Below are positions 9,993 to 16,952 of a stretch of 34,317 bases of DNA, piece by piece. Every line of letters starts with the position of its first letter. The first letter of the stretch is position 1. Origin of the DNA: Pseudomonadota bacterium (lineage in GTDB: Bacteria > Bdellovibrionota_B > Oligoflexia > Silvanigrellales > Silvanigrellaceae); assembly GCA_039799905.1 (NCBI GenBank), contig JBDLRP010000028.1, positions 1 to 34,317 of the forward strand, written 5' to 3'. The notes beneath the pieces are model-generated. The model was not told the DNA's origin and made no database searches. It saw only the letters and a list, made by a program, of their open reading frames with translations. The position numbers and the translations under genes were made by a program.

Positions 9993-10979
9993 TTATTGAA
10001 ACAAGTCTTCAAAGAGTTCGTAATGGTCATTGCGCATGCCGAGTTTGGTATAGACCGTCTGTGCAGCGAGATTGGTCTTGTCAACATATAGACGCAATCC
10101 GAGCGAACCGCGCGTGCGCGCCCGTGCGGTTGCGACAGCGTACATCCAGCGGAAAATTCCGTTTCCGCGAAAATGCTTCTCGACAAAAACGCTGTGTATC
10201 CATTCCACGTTTCCGTTTCGCCAGTCACTCCATTCTTTCTGCAGCAAAAGGCATCCGGCCGGTTGGCAATTGCCCGCTAAGTCTGTTTGCTCGGCAATCA
10301 GATATTCTCCAATCGACGGATTTGCCAGTATGTAAGTCACACCGGCCGCAACTACATCGGGCCGCAGATTCAAGTTTTCACTTTCCGCTGCCATCTTGAT
10401 TTGCGATTGCGCAATAAAATCTGCGTCGGCCGATGCTGCTGTGCGCACGTTGAATCCTGCCGGTCGCAGCGACTCATAGCGCGCAAAGGTGTATTTGAGC
10501 CCGGATTCTTCGCCGTGCGTCTCGCTTTCGCAGCGGAAGAGATTTTCAAAGTGTGGGAAGAATGCGTCGCCCGTGTACGTTGCATGGATGCGAGTTAGTT
10601 CGAGACTGTCTGCAATAGCCAAGGCCTGTGCGTATATTTCGGCGCCGCCTATGATGAACACGTTGGTTTCGGGTGTTGTGCTGTTTTTTTGTCGGAGAAT
10701 TCGGACGGCAGCATGCAGTTCGCCGCACCAAAACACCTGCTCGGGCCAACGCGGGTCGGGAGTCAGGCGGTCAACAGGATAAGCACGGGAAACGCAGACG
10801 TGAATTCTGGATGGAAGCGGCCTTCCGAGACTCTCAAAAGTCTTTCGTCCCATCAGAATAGTGTGGTTTGTCGTGAGCGCCTTGAAGCGCTTGAGGTCTG
10901 CCGAAAGTTTCCAAGGCAATGTGTTGTTGACGCCGATGACGCGCTGCTCCGCCATCGCAGCAATAAGAGTCAGTTTCAT
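9993..10979 (-). CDS. folA: Dihydrofolate reductase fused to a C-terminal GNAT acetyltransferase
   Basis: Residues ~1-170: IAAMA..RVIG..N.LPW...[35 protein letters not shown]. Residues ~175-328: [25 protein letters not shown] (acetyl-CoA motif A), [22 protein letters not shown] overlap with the thyA stop. Confidence 0.93.
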   Translation of the reverse strand: MKLTLIAAMAEQRVIGVNNTLPWKLSADLKRFKALTTNHTILMGRKTFESLGRPLPSRIHVCVSRAYPVDRLTPDPRWPEQVFWCGELHAAVRILRQKNSTTPETNVFIIGGAEIYAQALAIADSLELTRIHATYTGDAFFPHFENLFRCESETHGEESGLKYTFARYESLRPAGFNVRTAASADADFIAQSQIKMAAESENLNLRPDVVAAGVTYILANPSIGEYLIAEQTDLAGNCQPAGCLLLQKEWSDWRNGNVEWIHSVFVEKHFRGNGIFRWMYAVATARARTRGSLGLRLYVDKTNLAAQTVYTKLGMRNDHYELFEDLFQ

Positions 10980-11809
10980 ACGGCCACAGGTGCCTTGATG
11001 GCTGGATGGGGATCGTAGCCTTCGAGAGTGATGTCTTCGTATGTGAATGCAAAGAGATCGGTGACCTGCGGATTCAATGTAAGAGTCGGCAGGGCCTTGG
11101 GTGCACGCGAAAGTTGCAGGCGCGCTTGCTCTATGTGATTTGAATACAAATGCGCATCACCCAGTGTGTGCACGAAATCTCCCACCTTGAGCCCGCAGAC
11201 ATGGGCGATCATGTGTGTCAGCAGCGCATATGAGGCGATATTGAACGGCACGCCCAAAAAAACATCCGCCGAGCGTTGGTAGAGCTGGCAGGACAAGCTG
11301 CCGCCCGCAACGTAGAACTGAAAAAGTGAGTGACACGGAGGAAGGGCCATCTGTGGCACATCCACTGGGTTCCATGCCGAGACAATCAGTCGCCTTGAGT
11401 CAGGGTTTTTCTTGATCTGCGTAATCACATCGCTGATCTGGTCGACTCCCTGCAGGTCCTGCAAAAGGGTGCTGCCGCGCCACTGTTCACCAGCTTTTTT
11501 ACCCGCAAAATTGCGCCACTGGTGACCATAAACCGGACCCAAATTGCCTTGGGCATCGGCCCATTCATCCCAAATCGAGACGCCGTTGTCCTTGAGATAT
11601 TTGATGTTGGTGTCACCCTTCAAGAACCAGAGCAGCTCATGCACGACCGACTTGAAATGCACTTTTTTGGTTGTGAGAAGAGGAAAACCCTGCGAAAGCG
11701 GGAAGCGCATTTGATAGCCAAAAACACTCATTGTGCCGGTGCCTGTGCGATCTTCCTTGCGGTGGCCGAATTCGAGGATATGGGTGAGGAGATCGTGATA
11801 GGTCTTCAT
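10976..11809 (-). CDS. thyA: Thymidylate synthase ThyA
   Basis: [51 protein letters not shown], catalytic MALPPCH, YQRSAD.FLGVPFN, GDAHLY.NH, C-terminal IKAPVAV. AAGGAG RBS before ATG 11809. Confidence 0.98.
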   Translation of the reverse strand: MKTYHDLLTHILEFGHRKEDRTGTGTMSVFGYQMRFPLSQGFPLLTTKKVHFKSVVHELLWFLKGDTNIKYLKDNGVSIWDEWADAQGNLGPVYGHQWRNFAGKKAGEQWRGSTLLQDLQGVDQISDVITQIKKNPDSRRLIVSAWNPVDVPQMALPPCHSLFQFYVAGGSLSCQLYQRSADVFLGVPFNIASYALLTHMIAHVCGLKVGDFVHTLGDAHLYSNHIEQARLQLSRAPKALPTLTLNPQVTDLFAFTYEDITLEGYDPHPAIKAPVAV

Positions 11810-11867
11810 AAGCACTCCTTCGCTTTGACTGCGGACGTCATAAACCATTGCCGTCGCTTTGACGAGT

Positions 11868-12503
11868 TCACCAGTTGTATCCGGCCCCGAAGATCGCATA
11901 CGACATTTGGTTGTTGAGTTGTTTGCCGTTTTCGCGGGTATCCCAGCGTCCGTATTCGCCGCGCAGGGTCAGGACCCACGGAAAGAAATCGGCGTTGTGC
12001 AAACTCACACCAAGCGGAAAGCTGCCCAATACTTGAGCATCTGAATTTCCCTGACTGAGCCAACTGATGCGCGGGCCGTCGTCCATGCAGGCCATCCAGC
12101 TCATCGACCACACATAACATCCAGAAAAGCCGAATCTCACGAGTGTGGCACGCGCAATGCGGCCCGCGGCCAGATGCGCCAGAGGCTGACTGTTTGATGT
12201 TTTCAGTTGTGTCCAAATGGTGTCCGCTATCATCCGCAGCAAAAAATGCTCGGCCTTGGGCACTGCAAAACTGCGGGCATACAGGAAGGCACCTGCAAAT
12301 TGCGGGGTCTGTTCGACGCCGCCTCCGGTTGCTTTCGAGACGCCCGCAAGAAGCGAGACTTCTCGGGTGAACGGAACAGAGTCAGATTCAGCTGCCGATG
12401 CGCGGCTGGGCGTGGGAAGAGTCACAATGAGTGCGCCGATGGCGGCGGCGAGGCGTGCTGCAAATGTCGTGATGCCGGGGCGTTCGATTTTCAAGCGAGT
12501 CAT
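11868..12503 (-). CDS. Hypothetical exported, probable beta-barrel protein
   Basis: Signal-peptide-like N-terminus (..LPTPSRASA), amphipathic strands, C-terminal IFGAGYNW, a C-x7-C pair. Start uncertain (12503 or 12575). Confidence 0.6.
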   Translation of the reverse strand: MTRLKIERPGITTFAARLAAAIGALIVTLPTPSRASAAESDSVPFTREVSLLAGVSKATGGGVEQTPQFAGAFLYARSFAVPKAEHFLLRMIADTIWTQLKTSNSQPLAHLAAGRIARATLVRFGFSGCYVWSMSWMACMDDGPRISWLSQGNSDAQVLGSFPLGVSLHNADFFPWVLTLRGEYGRWDTRENGKQLNNQMSYAIFGAGYNW

Positions 12504-12729
12504 ATTCCATCCATCGGATTTGAAGTGTCCTGATGTTTTATCGCTTGCGTGCTTATTTTCAAGTTTAGTAAGCATTGATTTTCTTCAGCATAATAACCTG
12601 TATTTATTGAATTAATATTGTAATTTTAATAAATCGCGAAGATTTTCCGATTCGGTATTTGGTGCGTCTGCCTTCGTCACGCGAGAAGGTCTCGACAGGT
12701 GCTTCGACCACTTTTGGGAAGGGAATCGA

Positions 12730-13356
12730 ATGAGGAAATTTGCTTCTGGTGTTTTTATGTTTTCGTTTGTCACGCTCGTCGGGTGTTCTGATGCAGCGGG
12801 CAATCTAAACACACAAAGCATGCGGGACACCAATTCCGATGTGAGCAGCCGCTCGACGATTGCCGCAAGTGCGATCGCGAAGGATGCAAACGGCAGCGCC
12901 GAAATTTGCTTTCTTCAATTGGTGGGCGCTGGTGCGCTGAAGCAGCAGGAAGATTTGAAAAAAGTCACAGACGTTGTTCCTCTGCATGCGGACTCGCTCT
13001 CCGAGGCCGCGTTGCAAAAACTCAAGAGCAAGGAATTGCGGCTAGCCCTCAGCGCCGAAGCGGATGTACTTCCGAGTGGGCAAACCAAAGTGATGAAGGC
13101 AGACATCGAAGCTGCTTCCAATGCGTCGTCCTCGGCGGGAATGAACTGCAATGCCGCCGCAAGTTCTATGAAGGTGCAGCTTGGCTTGGAAACCGAACAG
13201 CAACATGGACTGAATTGGGGTGCGGTTGTGTTTTGGGGCATCGGTGCTTTGTCGCACATGTTTATTTTGGGAGAGGGAGATTTTGGTAGTTTCCCTTCGC
13301 CCTATCGTCCGGGACCCTCGTGGTCTCAGCCAGGCATTCATCGTCCTTACTTCTGA
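12730..13356 (+). CDS. Hypothetical lipoprotein with a hydrophobic/Pro-rich C-terminal tail
   Basis: GGAAGGGA RBS; MRKFASGVFMFSFVTLVG|C lipobox; preceded by an AT-rich intergenic region. Confidence 0.75.
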   Translation: MRKFASGVFMFSFVTLVGCSDAAGNLNTQSMRDTNSDVSSRSTIAASAIAKDANGSAEICFLQLVGAGALKQQEDLKKVTDVVPLHADSLSEAALQKLKSKELRLALSAEADVLPSGQTKVMKADIEAASNASSSAGMNCNAAASSMKVQLGLETEQQHGLNWGAVVFWGIGALSHMFILGEGDFGSFPSPYRPGPSWSQPGIHRPYF

Positions 13357-13360
13357 TTTT

Positions 13361-13424
13361 GCAAAACGCAGACGGCCTCCCGCCCGCGCATAAACCGCAC
13401 GGGCGGGAGGCCGTTTGCATTTGC
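13361..13424. terminator. Long GC-rich hairpin between convergent genes (probable bidirectional terminator)
   Basis: GCAGACGGCCTCCCGCCCG (13368-13386) pairs with CGGGCGGGAGGCCGTTTGC (13400-13418), 19 bp with one G-U, extendable on both sides. Confidence 0.8.
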
Positions 13425-13429
13425 TCAGC

Positions 13430-14758
13430 TCACTTGCGCAGTCGGTCTGTCACACCTTGCGGGCAGCTGCCTTTGTCTGCTTTTCCGGTGTTGACGCACG
13501 CAGCGAAGGTACCCATGGCTGTCTTCCATCCGCTGTCGACGGTGTAGTATTTGCCAACGTAGGAGAACGGGTTGGCACTCATCTGTGAAGCAATCTTGCT
13601 GACGTCGAAGCCGGTGAGGGCGGTGTATTCCTTCTCGAACGATTCAAAGAAAGAAACGCCCCATGTGTTTTTGTATTGTTCTGGATTCACCCACGTCGGC
13701 GGCACGTTGCCGTGCAGCAGTCCGACGGCAATACTCAACTTGCCGATCTTCAGGTTGTCGGCCGCGCTCAGGCGGGTAGCAACATTCTGCGCGTTGAAAA
13801 GTTCGGTCTGCTCCTTGAGAACGTAGACGTCGCCCAGGTCACGCAGAACAACACGGCCTGTCGGCTTCTTGGATTTGTCGAGCTCGATGAGGAAGTTCTG
13901 TGAGTGCGGCGAGTCGAACGAAAGCCCCCAGATTCCTGCGAACTCGGCAAGTGCGCGGCCAAGCGGCTTTGCGTAATACTCGTTCCAGAATTGCACAGGA
14001 TCTTCCTTGCCGGCGATTTCCTTGCCGACTTGTTCGTGCAGGGCACTGAAACCGGGGAGGTAATACTTGTCGCAGGTCGCAGCTTCGCCAAGCAAACGGA
14101 CGACGTTGGACTGATCGACATCTGCAATGCCGAACGCCATCGGTTCTTGCAGGATGACAGCGTTTTTTAGTTTGAGATTCTTTTCGAGACGTGCGACATA
14201 ATCGCTCACCGCACGGATATCCTGCCCGTCTTTCCAGTCCTGTTTTTTATCTTTCCAAGCGCCGCCGGTCTGGTTGGTTGAAGCCTTCAGAGAAAAGCTG
14301 TAGCCCGAATCAGGATCGATTGCGATCACCGAGCGCGACGCCGTCAGGTAGCCATTGAAATGCTCGTAGGCTGTCGGTGCTTTGCCAGTCTTTTTGGTGA
14401 TGAACTCTTCAACGTCCTTGTACCACTTGGTGTCTTCAGGCTGGACAATCCAGCGTACGAATTTCTTGCCGTCTTTTTCAATAAAGAAAGCCTTTTGGAC
14501 TTCCTTTGGCGTTGTCTCGGAGACATCGCTTTCAATCAGCTCAGCGGGGATTTCATAATTCTTGAGCTTCAGCAGAGTGGATTGGCGTTTGGTTGCACCG
14601 TTTGCCTCGGCTTCCCACTTGGCTAGCTGACGGACGCATTCATTGCCCTGCACTTTGTCTGCCGCGCTGACCTTCTTGCTGTCAACGTTAAAGTCGCGGC
14701 TCTTGCAGCCTGCTCCCAGGGCCAGAACTGCCGGTACTACAAAAATCGAAAAGCGCAT
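13430..14758 (-). CDS. Lipoprotein with an IucA/IucC (NIS synthetase-like) catalytic domain
   Basis: GGAGGA RBS; MRFSIFVVPAVLALGAG|C lipobox. Motifs LTASRSV, SLKASTN, DSPHSQNFLI and VVLRDLGD appear in the order of the NIS-family S-x-R, K, H-x-QN and RD motifs. Confidence 0.72.
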   Translation of the reverse strand: MRFSIFVVPAVLALGAGCKSRDFNVDSKKVSAADKVQGNECVRQLAKWEAEANGATKRQSTLLKLKNYEIPAELIESDVSETTPKEVQKAFFIEKDGKKFVRWIVQPEDTKWYKDVEEFITKKTGKAPTAYEHFNGYLTASRSVIAIDPDSGYSFSLKASTNQTGGAWKDKKQDWKDGQDIRAVSDYVARLEKNLKLKNAVILQEPMAFGIADVDQSNVVRLLGEAATCDKYYLPGFSALHEQVGKEIAGKEDPVQFWNEYYAKPLGRALAEFAGIWGLSFDSPHSQNFLIELDKSKKPTGRVVLRDLGDVYVLKEQTELFNAQNVATRLSAADNLKIGKLSIAVGLLHGNVPPTWVNPEQYKNTWGVSFFESFEKEYTALTGFDVSKIASQMSANPFSYVGKYYTVDSGWKTAMGTFAACVNTGKADKGSCPQGVTDRLRK

Positions 14759-14879
14759 CCTCAATCCTCCTGTGTGTGCTTGAAGCATCGCAGGCTGATT
14801 ATTGCAGAAAAAGACACATGCAGGAGGGAAGGATTTTTGCCGTGTCTGAGGACTTCGTTATAAGGAAAAATTTGCCTTG

Positions 14880-15542
14880 TTACCTTGTGCTCCACCAGCT
14901 CAGTGCGTTGGGCAGCTCATCGGGCACGTTTTGCTTTTCAGTGGCATCTGGCCAACGCGAACCTGCGATGCTGAGCAGACGTGACAAAGATTCGGCGGCG
15001 GCAATTTCGGGTGATTTGTGTTTTTGCAAATCCTCTTTGAGTTGACCGACAAGTTCTTCGATATTCAATTGAGGCCATTCCTTTTGCAGAGTGCGGTCGG
15101 GCCGCAGACAAAAAATATGCTCTTTGAGATTGAAGAAAATCAGCAGAGCATTGCGCTGGCGTGTGCGGGCGAGTCCCAAATCCCCGAAGCACTGCTCCGC
15201 CTGAAACTGCACTGAGTTCTGCCTTTCGCTGCGGCGCGCCAGCAGGCGAAACAACAAAGCGCCCTGCCAGCGGCCGGCGGGAGCGAACAAAAATGCAAAG
15301 ACGCACAAACCGAATGCCCATGCGGGCACCGGCAGCCACAAAGCTTCGGCAATCAGTTCGGCAGCGATGGCCAGCAGCGCGATCATCCGCGCTGCAGCGG
15401 CAGGAACCACAGCTGGCTCATCGCTGAAGGCGACAACCACCTCGACAGGGTACTGGCGCTCAATTCGCGCAATCAGCTGTTCGATGCGCTCCTGCTCATT
15501 TTTTGAAATCCACTTTTGGAGCTTGTTCGAGTGATTTGACAT
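14880..15542 (-). CDS. TPM-domain membrane protein (LemA-associated)
   Basis: IEQLIARIER...EVVV, two TM helices, A.QCF..LGLARTRQRNALLIF, C-terminal DELPN. Overlaps the lemA stop by 47 bp; GGGGAG RBS. Confidence 0.85.
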   Translation of the reverse strand: MSNHSNKLQKWISKNEQERIEQLIARIERQYPVEVVVAFSDEPAVVPAAAARMIALLAIAAELIAEALWLPVPAWAFGLCVFAFLFAPAGRWQGALLFRLLARRSERQNSVQFQAEQCFGDLGLARTRQRNALLIFFNLKEHIFCLRPDRTLQKEWPQLNIEELVGQLKEDLQKHKSPEIAAAESLSRLLSIAGSRWPDATEKQNVPDELPNALSWWSTR

Positions 15543-16107
15543 CTTTGTCAGCTCCCCACTGAGGAAGAGGTTGATAATGATAAACGACCGAGTTGGTCAG
15601 GTTGGTCGGAAAAACCGTCACCTGATTGTTGAATTCCTGAATGGCGGCAATGGTTCTTTGCCGGGCCACGGTGATGCGGTTTTCTGTGCCTTCGAGTTGG
15701 ACCTGAAGATCACGGAAACCGTCCATTGCCTTCAGCTGCGGATAGTTTTCGCTCACAACAAGCAAACGAGCCAATGCCGAACCGAGTTCCGACTGAGCCT
15801 GCTGAAACTTTTGCAGCGAGGCGGCGTCGTTGAGGTTGACTTGCATTTGTGTCGCCTTGGCACGCGCATTCACGACAGCTTCGAGGGTTTCTTTTTCCTG
15901 CGCAGCCGCACCTTTGACAATTTCCACCAAGTTCGGGATTAAGTCGGCCCGCCGCTGATATTGATTGAGAACTTCAGCCTGCGCAGCATCGACGGCATTT
16001 TTTGCTTTTGGAATGCTCTGCAAACCGCAACCGGAGACTGACATTGCCGCTGCAGCGAGCACGACAACTGAAAGTTTGGTTCTGAGTTTGGCTGCCTTTT
16101 TTTTCAT
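15496..16107 (-). CDS. lemA: LemA family protein (lipoprotein type)
   Basis: VSG|C lipobox, V.NQYQRRADLIPNLV, EKETLEAVVNARA, LLVVSENYPQLKA, QLEGTENRITVAR, FPTNL, APKVDF. Confidence 0.95.
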   Translation of the reverse strand: MKKKAAKLRTKLSVVVLAAAAMSVSGCGLQSIPKAKNAVDAAQAEVLNQYQRRADLIPNLVEIVKGAAAQEKETLEAVVNARAKATQMQVNLNDAASLQKFQQAQSELGSALARLLVVSENYPQLKAMDGFRDLQVQLEGTENRITVARQRTIAAIQEFNNQVTVFPTNLTNSVVYHYQPLPQWGADKDVKSLEQAPKVDFKK

Positions 16108-16175
16108 TCAGAAGACTCCTGTTGGACTGAAACATTTTCGCAGTCATGAATAGCGCAGTTGCTGTGGGTGGCCAA

Positions 16176-16952
16176 TCACCAATCGCCGCTGGATCCGCCG
16201 CCGGAAAATCCGCCGCCTCCGCCCGACCAGCCGCCACCTCCGCCCGACCAGCCGCCGCCACTGCCACCACCATACCAGCCACCCCGCCGTCCGGCCCAGC
16301 GACCGTGCCCACGTCCTTGAACTTTTCCAAGGGCCGAGAGAATGAGTGCAATGATCATAAATAAAACAAAGACGACGAGATTGACGGGTTTTCTTTGCGA
16401 CGCATCATTTTGTGGAAGCACTGAAGAGTCGACCGATGACAGCCGCGCAATCTCGCGAATGACTGCATGAACTCCGGCGGCCGGCTCGCCACGGCGCATG
16501 GCCGGTGCCAACTGCGCACGCAGCAGACGTCCCGCGGAAACGTCGGGCAGTGTACCTTCAAGTCCGCGGCCGACCTCCAACCGAAAGCGTCGTTCTTGGC
16601 GTGCGATGAGTAAAATGAGTCCGTCATCTTTGTCGCTGCGGCCGAGTTTCCATTGGTCGGCTGCACGGATGGTCACACTTTCAATCGGCTCTCCTTCAAG
16701 CTCCGGCAGAGTCCATACTTGGAGTTGCGGCCCGCCGCCGTCAAACAATGCTTGGACGCTCTGGCCGAGGGCCTGTTCATCGGAGGATGCAAACAGATCG
16801 GCTTGATCGATGACGGGAGAACTCAAGGGCGGAATCGGAACTTCGGCGCTGCCTTTTTGCGCAACAAAACAAACGGTCGCGAGTGCGACCGTCCATAAAA
16901 TTCTGCCTTTGTGCAGGCGATTCAGAACAGAACTCATGCAGCACAACCTCAT
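16176..16952 (-). CDS. TPM-domain protein (YgcG-like) with Gly-rich tail
   Basis: PVIDQADL, QLQVWTLP.LEGEPIE, WKLG...KDDG..LLIA..ERR.RLEVG.GLEG.LPD, TM helix, GGGGGFSGGGSSGDW. ATG 16952 overlaps the upstream stop (TGATG). Confidence 0.93.
   Translation of the reverse strand: MRLCCMSSVLNRLHKGRILWTVALATVCFVAQKGSAEVPIPPLSSPVIDQADLFASSDEQALGQSVQALFDGGGPQLQVWTLPELEGEPIESVTIRAADQWKLGRSDKDDGLILLIARQERRFRLEVGRGLEGTLPDVSAGRLLRAQLAPAMRRGEPAAGVHAVIREIARLSSVDSSVLPQNDASQRKPVNLVVFVLFMIIALILSALGKVQGRGHGRWAGRRGGWYGGGSGGGWSGGGGGWSGGGGGFSGGGSSGDW
16216..16256. repeat. 21-bp tandem duplication encoding GGGWSGG
   Basis: CCTCCGCCCGACCAGCCGCC(A/G) occurs twice in tandem within the Gly-rich tail. Confidence 0.7.

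Noticed and set aside
12540..12660. AT-rich spacers (also about 27780-27960) as horizontally acquired DNA or an origin
   Set aside because: They are short and lie between divergent genes, with no DnaA-box array or att-like repeats; consistent with promoter regions.
13430..14758. Siderophore biosynthetic cluster around the IucA/IucC-like gene
   Set aside because: No monooxygenase, decarboxylase, TonB receptor or exporter is adjacent, and the GNAT is fused to DHFR in a separate operon.
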